Notes: generated from the sequence alone by a model not told the origin. DNA of 64,000 bases from Anthoceros angustus (GCA_010909165.1 MU008169.1:186001-250000); one strand, 5' to 3'; positions 36,201-49,789 are shown, counted from the stretch's first letter. Numbers and translations: made by a program.

Positions 36201-39200
36201 CGAGATGCTTCAAGAAGAACTCCGACGGGACCCAGTAGTCCGCCACCACAGAACAAACCGGAGGAGACAAGGCGACGCGTGGGAGAACCACCCGGCCCTT
36301 TCAAGGTGGCCGACTTGATGATGGACCAACAACACTTGGTGTCCCTTAGGCGGTTAAAGGACAACCAGTATCGCAAGTCCGGAAGGCCATCAGGAACGCA
36401 ACCACGGAACTCCTTGGTGGGAAGGGCAAGAACGTGGAGGTAAGTGTATCTCATACGGACCACAGGCGCCCGATGGTGCGGTGGAATTGCGGGGTGTGTA
36501 ATTCAAAACGTGCCTCTAGACACGGGTCGAGTGAACCTCATCACCGAGGCCACCGCAAGGCGGTGGGGTTCACCACCTTGAGCCATCCACCAAAACCCTC
36601 GGGATGGCGGACATGTCGCGCCAGTGAGTTGTCCGAGTCCAAGCCACCATAGCGGAGCCCCTATACATTAGATTTTTCGTCATCGGACCGGACCACAGGG
36701 TATGAGGTCCTGTTAGCCTTGGCTGGCCTCGCTCGAACTACACTTCGGACGGAAGAGATACACTTCAAGCGTGGGTGGGATCCAAGGTGAGGAAGGGCGA
36801 CTGGAGTAAGGACACGTCTTGTGGTGAAACCAGCACCAGAGGGTACACCTCCGCCAAGACAAGGGAGGCGATGAGCGAGGATACGAATGAGGACTACCCT
36901 TTCCCAAAATCACGTGGTCGAGGAGGAGATGGATTAGGAGGGACCTTTGGAGCGGAGGTGGAGAGGTCATCGATTGTTTTAGGTGGACTCTGCGGCGGAC
37001 AAGAGCGGGAAGGCAATCAAGAGGAGGGTCCAGCGGAGGGGAGAAGTAGGCGAGAAGTAACCCGTTTCACCGAGCTCTTTCGGGAGTGGGGAATGCGTGA
37101 AGATGAACCCCGGATGGAGGACGACGGCGTGGCGAGCGGCAAGAGAAAGGGAGCAGTCAACCGGACGATGTGGAAGACGTGGAGGTTCGCCGAAATTCCT
37201 CAAATTCCGCAAGGGCATGCCGGAGGGTTAAACGAGACCTCACACGGTTGTTGGGGAATTCAGAGGTGTTTGCTTTCAAGGTCACGGATATGAAAGGCAT
37301 TCCAAAGCGATGGGCGAACACCGGATAGATCTAAGCCGAGGCGGTGCTGTTCGGATTAGGCGGTATCAATCCCAAGCACTCGCTCAAGGTCAAGGAAGTC
37401 CTGATAAGTATCCGGAAGCGACATCATCTTCCCAATCGTGAAAAGGAGTGGGTGGCGCCATTGTGGTCGTCAAGAAGCAAGAAGATTCGGGTCCACAGAC
37501 TGGAGAAACAACGCCACAAAAGGACCATTTCCCATGCCCTTTGTGGACGATACATCGACAAGGTGGCGTCGAGTACCTACTCCTTCTTGACGGCCATCGG
37601 CCACAACCGCCATAAGGGAGTCTGACCGATAAGACAACATTCACCACGGAGTGGGGACGCTTGCCTACAAACGGAGTGCCTTCGGATGACAGCACCCGGA
37701 TCATTTATGCGATGGTGACCACCAATGTCTTCCGGAATTCTGAGGGACTTCATGGAGGTGTTCTTGGACGACTTCGTGCACGGAGAGGAGGACAAACACG
37801 GGACATTTGGAAGTGTTTGGAACGATGTAGACTCAACTGCTCGCATCCCGAGAGAATGCTATGACATGAGGGAATCTTGTTGGGGCACCGAGTGCAAGAG
37901 GGATAGAGGTGGACCAAGACAAGGTGAAAGTCATCCACCGCAGCCCACCAACGAACTTGAAGGAGTTACGGGATTCATGGGCATGGTAGGTTACTATAGG
38001 CAAGATTTTGCAAAGCGGGCCTGTGCTAACTGAGCTACTCAGAAGGAGGAGGAATGGACCGACGCCGTAAAGGGAGGCGATTCAGACCTCACCACTGTCG
38101 CCCCAAGACTCAAAGGACCTGACCGGGAAGCGATTCCATACGTGGATGTGCCGCACCGCCATCGGGGTAGTGCTCACCAAAAGATGATAAACGAGGGATC
38201 ACCCAATCTACTACGCTGAAGACACCACGACGGAACGGAGGTACACTACTACGGAGCGAGAGGCATTGGTATGGTATACGCTAAGAAATTCACACTACCT
38301 TCCCGCCCAATGAGTTTGTGTTCTATGTTGATCACTGCCAAGCATTTGGTGAACAAGGCACTTGTCCACGAATCATGAGGTGGATTCGCTGGAGTTCACA
38401 TTTGAGGTGGAGACTAGGCAAGGACGGCAACACCAATCACGACTTATCCATTAAAACGGAGCCCGCCCCAGGATCAAGAGGACGCCTGAGGATGAGGAAT
38501 TGGCGGATAGAGGAGGAGGTAGAGGAGCACACACCGGACAAACCCAAGTCGGACAACAAAGCGGAGAAGGGCGACGCAGGGGCGGCCTCTTACGCGGAGT
38601 TGGAAGCACTATGGGAGATGGAGCTACCCAACGAATCGAATCGCCGCAGTTTGTGCACTACGCCGCCTTTCCAGAGCAACGGTGCATCTTTAAGGACCGG
38701 ACGGTGGAACGAAGGTACCTCAAAGTGAAACGGAGGTGGTAATAAAGGGGATGCACGAAGGACTAGGTGGTGGACATTATGCAACAGTCACCACCAAGAA
38801 AATCTTGAGGTCGGGTAATCGTGGCCCACCATGTATGGGGAAACACACCAATTGTGAAGAAGTGTGATGCTTGTCACGAGGGAAGCCGACGCACAACTCA
38901 ATGGCCGTTAGTGCCCATACTAGCACTAGCGCCTTTTGAGAAATGGGGCATCGACTTCTGGACCCATATACCACCCACAGTGCACACACGTAAGCGGTAC
39001 ATCTTGGTGGCAACGGATCATCGCACTGTGTGGGTTGAAGCTCGCTACCGAACGGACCGCGAGCACGGTGGCCAAATTCCTACGAAAACATCATCACAAG
39101 GTATGGGTGTCCGCTGTACCGGTAGCGAAAACCCATTTCCTCAATGATGTGATAACGCAATGACGGACTATTTCGCATCACACATCGAAACGCCCCTACA

Positions 39201-39450
39201 ATCCAAGGCCAACGACCGAGAGAAGACCAATGGACGCCGCGATCCTCAATAAGCCGACGGTTAACTATGCGCACGATCGATACAAAGTCGCCATCGGCGC
39301 TATGGGCTCGTAACGCAGAAGGTAACCACGCAACGAACTCCGTATTATTCGACTATGGGCACTCACCCGTATGTCGAGTTTGAGGTGCCAACACTCCGTC
39401 ATGATGGAAAGGCGCTTAACGGATGAAGAGAGCCAACGAGCGGTTGCTAG
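33280..39450 (+). pseudogene. gag-pol remnant (gag, aspartic protease, RT, RNase H, integrase), heavily frameshifted
   Basis: Fragments read across frames: protease LDTGSS-like at ~35460 and again at ~36510; RT EWVAPIVVV, YSFL, FMEVFLDDF, GFMGMVGYYR; RNase H YTTTEREALGMV and FYVDH; integrase WPTMYG, CDAC, PFEKWGIDF, RYILVATD, STVAKFL. Tandem duplications at ~33778-34490 (360 bp) and 35000-37122 (~1075 bp). Confidence 0.88.
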
Positions 39451-39758
39451 GGTTTGTACAAAGACACGGAGGACCGGAAGAGGCGCAACAATTGCAATGT
39501 AATCAACGCAAGCCGGCATGATAGGCGCCTTAGAATCGTGAGTATGTGAAGGAGGGAGATCCGCCTCCTTACGATACCGACATATGCACTTCCTGTAAAC
39601 TCCACCTACGATGGATGGGGCCTTACCAAGTCGCATTTAGTATACCCCAATGGGTCCGCTCACCGGCGCTTGGATGGTGAACCGCTGCCCACTGGTGAAC
39701 GGATGGTGAAAAGTACCACGCTTAGTGTTGGCGAGACGCCAACAGTGAGAAGGGAGTA

Positions 39759-42700
39759 TGTGGACTACGGACTTCGGGGTTAGAAATTAGGATTTTGTTT
39801 TGTGGGAGAAGGATAAAATGAGGCGGGAGGAAATAAGCCGTTAGCACTCGGACGTATACCCCGACCGAGTGAGGAACGATTTAGACGGCGATGGCACGGG
39901 TAAGAAGTCCGACCCACCTGTGACCAAAGGTGATAAGTACGCCAGGAAGGTAACTTAGAAGTTGGAGCGTAGGACTGACGGGCGACGCCACGTGGACGAC
40001 CCCGAGTGGAGGACGGCATGCGCGGTCAGACCGTAACCTTGCCAGAGGTCAGTATTCACGCCGCTGGCGCGCGGCACAGTAAGGCCGAGTACGCGCGCAG
40101 AGCGCCGAGTGTTGGCGCACTACATGTGGAAGAGGCGCCCGCCGCCGTTACTCCCGGCGTGGTCGCGAAGAAGGCTTACCGCGGCTCGACAATTTCGCGA
40201 TCTCGCGCCCGCACCGCTCGGGCGGTATCTCGGGACACTCGACGCCTGCGCGGCTCACCGCTGAGGTGAGCGAACGCGCGGAGGCTCAACGTGCCAGCCT
40301 CAAGCTGCTGAGAACCAAGGGAAGAAGCACCCAAAAGCCCGCGGAAGTTTGGGAGCCATGGAACCTTGTGGAGCGCAACATTGTGACCCGCGCTATCCGG
40401 ACTTTGGGCCTGCCCGGGGGAATTGGTGAGTGGCATTTGGACGTGTTCCAAATGGTCGACCTTTGACACTGGGTCCGGAGTTTGCCCGGAAGATGTCATC
40501 AACAAGGAGGTGCGGTCCAAGAACCTCCGAGAGGACCCAAGGCGATGGACCTTGAGGTCCCTACCCTACAACCGCCCAAGGAGGAAGAGGGGAGGGTGCC
40601 GAGCCCCTCAAGGCGAAGGGAAGATAGGTCCAGCCAGCAGTTGCTAAGGCTCGACGCAACGACCACCAACGGTCGATATCCACCTGCTGGACAATGAGCC
40701 GTGCGGCCCGGATCATCGCCCATCGAACCTACCACTAAGGTGGATCACCTTGGTGATAATCTATTAGTGTTCCCGCACGCTGCGCCGGGGAAGAGGGCGG
40801 AGGGAAGGATTATCTTCGCCAGCTGTGAAGCTCGCAAGCTCAGGAGCGAGAAGCCCGCCATCTGGGCCGCCCCCATACCGATCCATGTATGGGGCATTTC
40901 AACTCCTGTGGAAGGAGAGCTTGAGCGAGCGCCCGGAAGGACTGAGGCCTCCCAAGTGGAGCGGCAAGGGCGCCGGAGGAGGCCCAAAACCAAACGGAGG
41001 GAGGAGGATGACTGAGGATTCCTGACTCCATACACTGAGCGGACCCCTCACCACCTGTGGAAGGGAAGCACTCCCTCCTTCCGTGCCCCAACCGTAATAC
41101 CCCAGCAGCCCTCACGGCCATCACTCCTACCGAGGAGCCCCGCCGACTGTGAGAGAGCCAAGAACGCAAGACCACGGCCACCAACGCTGCACCCGGCAAA
41201 GATTCTTCCCCGCCGACTGAGTGGCAAGAAGGAAGAAGGAGGAGAAGAGACGCCTGTGAGCGGAGGACACCGCAGATCCAGCCGGCCCCTGCCGATGTGA
41301 AGGGGCAAAGGCTTGACTCCATCACCCGCCGAGCCCTGGAGAAAAGGGCGAGAAGGAGCTCGCGCCAAAAGGGCCAAGGAGGGGAAGCCCGAGCAAGACT
41401 CGTGACCTAAGGGTCCCGATTGTCCGAGAACCCACCGGACTTGCTCCGATCGCGGTATGGAGGTCCTCGACGACCGGAGATGCCGGCCCGCAACGGACTT
41501 TGTGGGAGCCTCACTCAGCCGTGGAAACACGGTTCCCGCTACTGGCCATGATGCCTGGGTCAATGGGATGGCCGAGAAGGCCTGTGAGGTGGAAGCCACC
41601 CGAGGGCGCATGGTGCTCCTCCGTGAGCAGCTGGAGGAGCGTGAGGCGAGAAGGCCAAGCTCGGCAGGATTGAGGAAGGAAAACGCCGGAGGCGGAGAGG
41701 GAGGTTTGGTCCATCCGCAAGGACCGGACTAAATTCCTTCACCGGAGGAATAAAGGGCAGCCAAGGAGGCCCAAGCGGAGGACCTCCGCAGTGAGGCGAA
41801 CAGAGCGAGGACGCCCGGGCGCGAACGGGCGCGGGATCTCGCGGAGGCAGCCTGACCGGACCGCCAAGCCGGAGAGGCCTGTGAAGGTGGCCAAGGAGGC
41901 GGAGGCCACGGGCGGCCGATCGCGATCACTATCGGCGTGATCGAACCGTGGAGAGAGGCGCCGAGAGCCGCCAATCAAGGCCGAGCAAGTGGTCATGGAG
42001 CAAGCAGGAGGAGGAGGCGCTGAGGCCAAGCACCCGGGAGATTGGGGACCTGTGGTGCACTGCAGGAGGTAGAAGGGGCGAGGCGGGGAGCCGGAGGACA
42101 ACAAGGACACCTTGGAGTTGCAACCCAAGACGACGGAAAGCAGGGGTTCTCAACGAGAATCCAAGACTTCGAGCGAGAGGTGGAACGCCCAGCCCGCTTG
42201 AAGACGGAGGAGAACAAAGGGCGGCAAGGAGTTCGCCGCCAGTTGCAGCAGGACGTGGCGGCCGTGAGCCTGACGGGATACCGCCCGCCCTGGAGAAGGA
42301 AGTGGAGGACCTCCGGAAAGAATAGAAGAAGGGAGGAAGGCACTGGAGGAAAAGGTACAGCGTCCCGGCCAGGTGAAGTGAGAGCTCACCATGGCCCGCA
42401 AATGGCGGAGTCAAGCAACAACGGAGGAGGAGAACGCCGAGCAGCAAGGTTGCAAGAGGTAATCTGAGGCAGCCTTGACGGCCTCAAGGGAGTCCGCCAC
42501 AACCGTGTGAGCCCACGGACAAAGCAAGAAGTGGGCGATCCGCCTGCCACGGGAGCACCTTGAGGAGGGAGTACTGTGCCCGGCTCATGTGGAGGAGGCG
42601 ATTCTGAAGTCGATTCCGACCGCCTTACCACCAGCAGCTCCTCAAGGCTCTGAGGTCCCGCGCCACCCCAGGTGAGGGTGGACTCCGTAAGGGACCAAGG

Positions 42701-44082
42701 AGGAGCGAGGGAGGACGGACCGGGACGACAACCGCTGGAGTCCTAGGAGCGCCGCTTGACGACGCAGCAGCAGGGCGAAGGAGAGCAATGGAGGAACCGG
42801 AGGAGGAAGGGGCGCCACACCGAGGTAAGTTTCGACCTCGCATGGAAGGACGAGGGAGGATCTTGAAGGAAAGGGGCAACCGGGCATTCGGGAACCAAGG
42901 GAGGGCTCATGGATGAACCTGCACAGCTGGGCGAGGAGGCATGCCCAGAGCTCGAGGTCCGGACTTTGTCCTGACTGAGGAAAGGCCGACCCGAGGTCCG
43001 CCTCAAGGAAGTCTCGACCTAGGGATCCAGACTCTGACGAGTCCCGGCCCCGAGGTCCGACCCTGTGGAAGGGTTGGGTCCAAGACCGGACCTCAGAGCC
43101 CGGCCCCGAGGACCGACTCAAAGAAGGCCGGCCAGGAGACCGAGGGAAGACTGACCTAGAGGTCCGGACCGAGTCGACAGGTCCCGAGGTCCAAACTCGG
43201 GAGTGGGGAGAGCCATCACCACCAACCCCAGCAGATCCATCCCTTGAGGGCCCATCGCAGGGCCCGCCGAGAGAGAAGAGGGAGAGAGAGGACGTGGTGA
43301 TCATTGTCGCCGCACCGCAATGGCTGCACTGAAGAGGAAGGGGTCCCGCGATCATCCGATTGCGCTGGGGGTGGCCACGGCGCAAGAAGGAATGAGGGGC
43401 TATCCCACCCCACCACCGACCGCGCGATAGGTGGAATAGTGGTAGTAGGCGGCCGGTTAGGTACCCCGGCCTCACCGTAATAGAGGTGTAATAAAGGCGC
43501 CCGACCTTCGAGTATAAGAGGGCTAAGGCCGCTCAATAAATCATCTTCTTGGTGTTGATGCCGCTCTGCACCTTGTGTGTCTTCGCTAACGTGAGTCCCG
43601 AGTCACCGAAAGGTGCACGATACCCGGGAGATTGATCAAGGTCCCGTGACGACCTAACGTTGTGGTGTGTGCAGTGGTGATCGTGACAGGCTCGTCCGGA
43701 GCGCCCAAGACCGAACGGATCGAACGTGGAGCCGGAGGAACTCCGGAGGGCGCAGAGCGGACGGAGAGGCCCGGAACGGAGGAGGTCCGTGGTAACCCCT
43801 TTTTCTAAGACCGAGGAGTGTAGCGTGAGGGAGAGAAAGGACCGATGGACGGATGAACGATACGGACGCTAACGGGTCTCAAACGCCCATACCGGCCCAG
43901 ACGTGAACGCAGAGAAGTTAGAGTATGTGTGTTGAGGTCAACGAATGACTACAGGGAATCACCCAAACGCAGTAAACGGAGGCCTAGCCATTCCCTCGTT
44001 TCCCAGGGAACGGACTTCTTCCTACAAATTTACCACGGGATTGTGCGCGCTACTACCGGGCCCATCAACGAAAGTCGCCCAC
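39759..44082 (+). repeat. 3' LTR (4.3 kb) with TATA and AATAAA near its 3' end
   Basis: Follows the PPT. TATAAG at 43513-43518 and AATAAA at 43535-43540, which places ~3.7 kb upstream of the TATA in U3. Confidence 0.85.
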
Positions 44083-46550
44083 GCTGGTGTTGTCGTGTTA
44101 TGACGACAGCCGGCGACACAGGCAAGGATGGAGAATCGGGCTCTAGAAGAGCTTTGTTTGATGGCCATGACCTCCGAAGGAGTAAGGGCGTGAGGGCTGG
44201 GCCTCAAGTGGGCGACAAATTGCTACCTTTGGGTGACATTGCTACAGGGGAGCATGAGGAAGAGGAGGAGGCCCGCGAAATGTGCTGCTTCTGAGTCCCG
44301 AGAGGCAAGCCTGACGAGGGACACCACCGGACACCGACACAAGATGGTGAAAGCGGGAGGGAGGCAGGGAGGCGGAAACATGGTGAAGAAGAGGTGGAGG
44401 AGGACCTACCCTGAGCAACATTACGCATGACAGGAGATAGGAGAGGCCGATGTAAAAGTTGGCCGGTAAGCCACTTGACAACATTATGTGCTGTTGTCTG
44501 TTGTGCAAGTCGTATGGTCGGTGTTATATGCCATTTGTGAGTCAAGCTATGTGATGGAGGAGTGGGTGGAGAATGAAGATGAGGAGGAAGAGCCATCACC
44601 GGCGAGGGACAGGATCCCAACCGGGTCTTCCAAGAAATGCTGCAGAGCTAGTGTGCGCGATGGCAGCTTGATGGTACCATGGTCGAGCCAATAGACCGAG
44701 TCTTTTGAGGGACATGTTGGTGAGGAAGGTAGAGTATGAGTTCCCTAGTATAGATCGCGAGGATATAAATGGCTGCGGTTTCAGCGGGGCTCATGACAGA
44801 AACCACAAGCGTTGGCAAGAAGGTGCGCCACAAGTCATGCGATGTAACTGGAGGAGAAGGGAAAGATCTGAGAAATGGCTGCACCTCTCAAGAGGGCCAA
44901 GTACCGCAAAGCATGGAGATTTGTGGAGGCCAGGAGCAAGAAGTGGTCACGTATGGCCGCGGTATATCGGTGTGTAGCCAACCCACAACACTACTACCAG
45001 CGAGTTCTTTTAAGATGGAAACAAAGATGGGGAAAATACGCTCACGACTAGCTTAAGATGTCTACTTCGGGGACAAGGTTTGTCTTTATGGTTGTCTTAA
45101 TCAGCGCGTCCCTACCCTTTCTTAAGATGTATGTGGCGGGCAAGAGGTAGCTAGGGCTTCCCAGCTGAATGACGCCGGATGCTAATGGTACGTGCGAGTG
45201 GTAAGTGTAGGGCGAATTTAATGTGGTGGAATGCTTCGTGCGAATGCTCGAATAGGTGTCGTGAAAGTCGAGGGCCGGTTGTCGCATGCCCACGTACGTC
45301 CGGGGCGGCCGAGTGGTCTATTGGTAAATCTCGCCTCACGTGCCCCACATCTGGCTAGCTTGATCCGGAATCGGTTCCGGATGGTGAGATCCATCATGGC
45401 GCCCCCCACGTGTCACCTTCACCACGGGTGCGATCCGCAGCAGCAGATTTAATGCTGCGGATGTCGGCCTCATTGCCATACCGTTTGTGAGAGAATCGAG
45501 TAGAGTGCTTCCGTAATCATTCGCAATCATTGATCGTCGTCTCTTCTGCCACAAGCAAGGCGTGTCAGATTCTCAAACTGCACAAGTAGGTAAGTAAATA
45601 ACGAGATATTTTACTTCATGAATTAACTGGGACTTCTGGATCATCGACAGGATGCAACCGCACGATTTTAACCTCAATGGTTTCGCCACAAGATTTTTTA
45701 CCTCTATTCAAAATTGACCAGCTTTTCCCAATTCTAACGATAACCAGTGTAAACGTAAATACTCCCGGTGTTCTACGCAATACCGCATTAATACTCCTAA
45801 ACGCACCTGCACTTAACGGATTCCTTGGGACCCCAGCCGCCCGCTTCGGCTTACGGTGGGAGCGTCCACGGATACAATCCTTCTTCTTCCAGTTTTCGCT
45901 TGAATTTTTCCCTCGTAAAGACTGCAGATTAAACTACATCGTCTCCACCCCATCCGCCTTACCATGTTCAGCCGTCTGCAAGTGGAAACAAATCACAACG
46001 TCAGGCCTTTGTTTGCCAGGAGTTTAGAGTGAATGTCTGCAATGTCATTCTCGCATGTACACTAACCTTATCCCGCTTCTTTGTGCTCCGGGTGACCCTC
46101 CTGGTGGTTGAAGGTGGAAATGCTTGAATGCTGGGCACTGTGTCCACGCCCGTCAAAGCGCACTCTTCGTCAGAAACCCCCTTGCCACACTCCACTCCCT
46201 GCTGCACTCCTCCTTCCTCCTGAAGACCATTTGTGATATCGGTGTCTCCATGATTGATCACTTCCATTCCTGGAATGCACAAGCCCATCACAAGGCATCA
46301 GGCTAAAGATGCAATGGATTACGCACTGTAAAGGAAAACGAAGAAAACACGTACGAGGATAACATGATGATTACAGTTGCTGGAGAACAAGTGGTATGCA
46401 ATACATGTACATTAACGAACATGGACGAAGACTTACCCCTGTATTGCAATTGCGATCCCAAAGCCTTTGCATGTCTTTGATATCGTGTTTAAGGGCCCAA
46501 TCGGTCTCCTCTTGGTTAGGATACTTACCCCAGTGGATAAGGAACCGCTT

Positions 46551-47021
46551 CTAAATTCTGTAGCGCCACCCCGCCCGTAAGGATTTGTGCCGCTCGTCCG
46601 TGTCTTGCCACTCGTGCTTCGACACAGTCATTTGCTGGCACCTCGGCCATCTTCCGTTCCCTCGTTCATACTCTGAACATGCCCATTGAATTGCTTGTGC
46701 CCATTCCTCCTCACAAACGTCAGATGGCTTCGGCACAGTGTTCGGCCTCCCCTTCCTCATCATTTTCGCAGCCCTCCTAACCTTCTTCAGGTTGGTGAAG
46801 TTACGTTGGAATTGACACTTAGAAAAACGAGTGTTGATAATATCTACGTTCGTGATCATTGGGAACTGTGCCTTTATCAAGTCGATCAGCTCTGTTCGCA
46901 GAGATACAGGGTGTTTCGTCCATGACTTCAACAACTTCAACCTTGTGACACAAAGCTCCTTTGTCCGCTTGTGAAAGTCTGACTTCGCTCTACCTGATAG
47001 GCCACCGACAAGGGTGTCCAC
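46551..47021 (-). pseudogene. CACTA second-gene (TnpA/Transposase_24-like) fragment
   Basis: KSWTKHPVSLRTELIDLIKAQF...PKPSDVCEEEWAQAIQWACSE fits the W..(V)P...K...I...F / P......W.....W.S pattern of En/Spm ORF2 proteins. Assigned by eye only. Confidence 0.5.
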
Positions 47022-49789
47022 CTCGGCCGACCCAGTTCGGGTTTGGGTGCTCCTCTAACATCAGCTTCGTGATACCTTGCACAGTTTCTGCCCCATGCGC
47101 GCTTATCAAACACCGCACAATGTCAGTAGCTTCATGAGGGCGCAAGAGACTGCGCAAATATTAATTTCGGGAAAACATAGCTTGCCTTCTTCAGGAGATA
47201 GCCTCTGCGATTTTCCCACAAACACCATTGAAGCATTTCATTGTGGCAGTCGCGAAATTTGTCTCACAATTCTTCCATGCACTTGCATTGTCCCCCTCCT
47301 CTCCTCCTTCCGTCGTGAGCACAGGCTCATGATGAGGACTCACTTGAAACCCCATTACTTCCTTCCATGATGGTCGCCATTCTGAGGTGACTCCTTGCCT
47401 CAATCTCACCATTTGGCCAAATTTCACGATCAATACAAGATTCTAGGCTCTCCCACCTGGTGGGTGCTCTGTGACTCAACAAGTGAGCGTCAGTGAATGG
47501 ATTCTTGACATGTTGGAAAGGCGCATGTAGAAGGAAAGGGGCGAGAAAGCAAAAATTCGAGGTTGGAAGAGGCGGGGAATGGCAGCAGCGTAAGCTTCTG
47601 CCATTACGGCACGCTGGTCGAACTTCAAAGTGTACTTGCTTTTGCCGTCGAAGGCGTGAGCTCGTCCTTTCCTTTGTTCGCGGTATCCCGCAAGTAGTTA
47701 CTTGGCTCGGCCGTGGCGATTCTTGGGCGAGTTCCCGTGACCCCTCGGCGCACATTCCGCCTACAGCCTCCATATCCATACTCTTAAAAATCAAGGACAT
47801 CTTCCACTGCTGAGGTTGGAGAAGTCTTTGCGGCAGTGGTCTGCCTGACTGCTGACTCCGTGACGTGTTCTAATATAACATTGCTTTCCCACATCATTCC
47901 GTCGAAGCCCAAAAGACAGCTGCTTGGATGTGGAAGCGGGGGTCTTTTCGCAGTCTTGGAGGGACAAAGCTCCATAGTAGCTTCCCTTCTATCCAGCTCT
48001 TTAGTGCCATCTTTGGAAAATCCACAATCCTCCATGATGAGGGCTGTTTGTGCTGCGAGGTCCCCTTCTTCAACATTCCCCATATTCAATGGCTCTGCAA
48101 CACTAGCCATCTTTGGCATCTTACCAAGCTCGGAATTCGCCATCTTTTCCAGGATGAGGATGGGCCATAGTGATGAAGGACATGCCTGTCAGCACCCTTG
48201 CCAGCTTGCAAGGTTCCATGGCATGCGGGCATAGCGCATGCCCCGGGTGCGATGCGGCATTGTATGTGACCGTGTTTTTGTTGGGGACAATAGGCTTCCA
48301 GAGATTCCTATGTTTTCATTGGCCAGAACGTACATACTAGAAGAAGCACCCGATCGTGAACGCAAACGTACTGGACACCGCCTCAAGAAAACGTCCTTGC
48401 AGTCAGGCATGCTGTAATAGGCACATCTCACCGTCTTGTACAGTATTGATCACTTCACAACTCATAGGGAACAGTGTTGGGTCGTAATTCTTCTCCCTTT
48501 CTCCACTCCCCAAGAGGCGGAAATTCGCTCAATCCTTATAAATGCATATTAGGAGACACCAATGGAGATGGTGTGGCTCAGTATATGCCGTCAATTCTGG
48601 CGATTTTGATTACGATGGAGATAGATAAAAGCGCGGAAGCGATTCCTCGATGTGATGCAATATGGAGGCTCAACAAGCGCCGGAGGGACATCAGCGAAGC
48701 GTGGCCAGGCGTGAAGCCTACTTGGCGATGGGATCACAAGGCGTTTCACGGATGGAACTATGTTTGTGCCAGGGCTTTTGAGGAGTCCATGAGTGCCCTG
48801 ATCCCAGATACTGGTCCCGTGGGTGGATGATGCAACTCATGGAGTTGTAGGGGCTGTCTGCGACTGCAGGAGTTCATTTTCGCACGAGTTTCGAACAAGG
48901 ATGCTGGCCCGTGGTCACCTGGGCATCGTCCCAAACTGGTGCCCCTCTACCTCCCGCCCGGGGGGTTCGTCGGCGACCATCCAGCGTTGGGGCCTTGGAA
49001 TCCTTGAACTCAGGCGAAGGACTGGGAGGAGGGTATGTGGCGGATGTCTGGAGGAGTGCGTACTTTGCGCAGAAGGAGAAGGTCTTGGTTGTGAAGTGAG
49101 CACGCCCGGTGTCGAAGATGGTTTCAAAGCCAATCATTTCAAGGCCGATTTGACATAATGGTTGTTGACCTCCAGCCCATGTTTGTGGAAGACGGAAGCA
49201 ACCTTGCAAGCAGGAAGCTTTGGAGGACATCCTCACAGTGAAGGTGGAGCGGAGGTGGAATTTTTACGAGACACCAAACATGGCCCCCGGATATGTCTCA
49301 GGACGGTTGGGCCACCATGGAGCAAGAAACGTTTGAATCTATACACAGGACCAGAAGAGTCTCTACGGAACATGTTGGCTCTACCTTGCAAGACCGGCGG
49401 CAACATCGCGATTTTGAAGCGCGAGGTGGATCACATGTGGAGCATAGGCCACTTGCACAGGGTGCCTTTCGTTTACCTCAGCAATTTTCATTTTGTAGCC
49501 TACAGTTACACGCATGAATGGCGATGGGATGTTCCATCTTATGGAGGCACTAGACCTTGTAGTTAGGACATGTCAACGCATCGGGTCGTGGCGGTTTGCT
49601 GCTGCCTTGTGGGCGCACCTATGCCTTCCTCTTTGCACCACGAGCAATGGATGTGCCTTTGAGAGTGGAAGTCTTCACTGACTAACATGCACTTCCTCTT
49701 TAGTTAGCGTCATTGGCCTCCATGTTGACGCGGTTGTTAAAATTTGTCGCGTTAGTGAAGGCAGCTTGGCTAGCAAGCTAGGCTATTTC

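Larger units (their letters stand above)
28242..44082 (+). mobile_element. Ty3/gypsy LTR retrotransposon, non-chromovirus (Athila/Tat-like), degenerate, ~15.8 kb
   Basis: LTRs at 28242-33060 and 39759-44082 (TGTGG...CCACA; the 3' copy ends CCCAC). PBS-like TTTTGGCGCCG at 33061 and PPT GAGAAGGGAG at 39747-39756. Probable TSD is GTGGT on the left versus GCTGGT on the right. Internal order is gag-PR-RT-RH-INT. Confidence 0.9.

Noticed and set aside
33280-39450. Frameshifts as programmed recoding or proof of element age
   Set aside because: Indels are pervasive in all multi-copy regions and absent from single-copy genes, pointing to consensus errors; dating or recoding claims are unsafe.
29260-43536. 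Many long minus-strand ORFs within the LTRs
   Set aside because: Leu/Ser/Pro-rich mirror translations of purine-rich, GC-rich plus-strand sequence; not consistent between the two LTRs.
44989-45000. CACTACTAC as the second CACTA terminus
   Set aside because: It diverges from the 62491 TIR after 9 nt, lacks the expected ATG TSD and subterminal repeats, and lies within apparently internal sequence.
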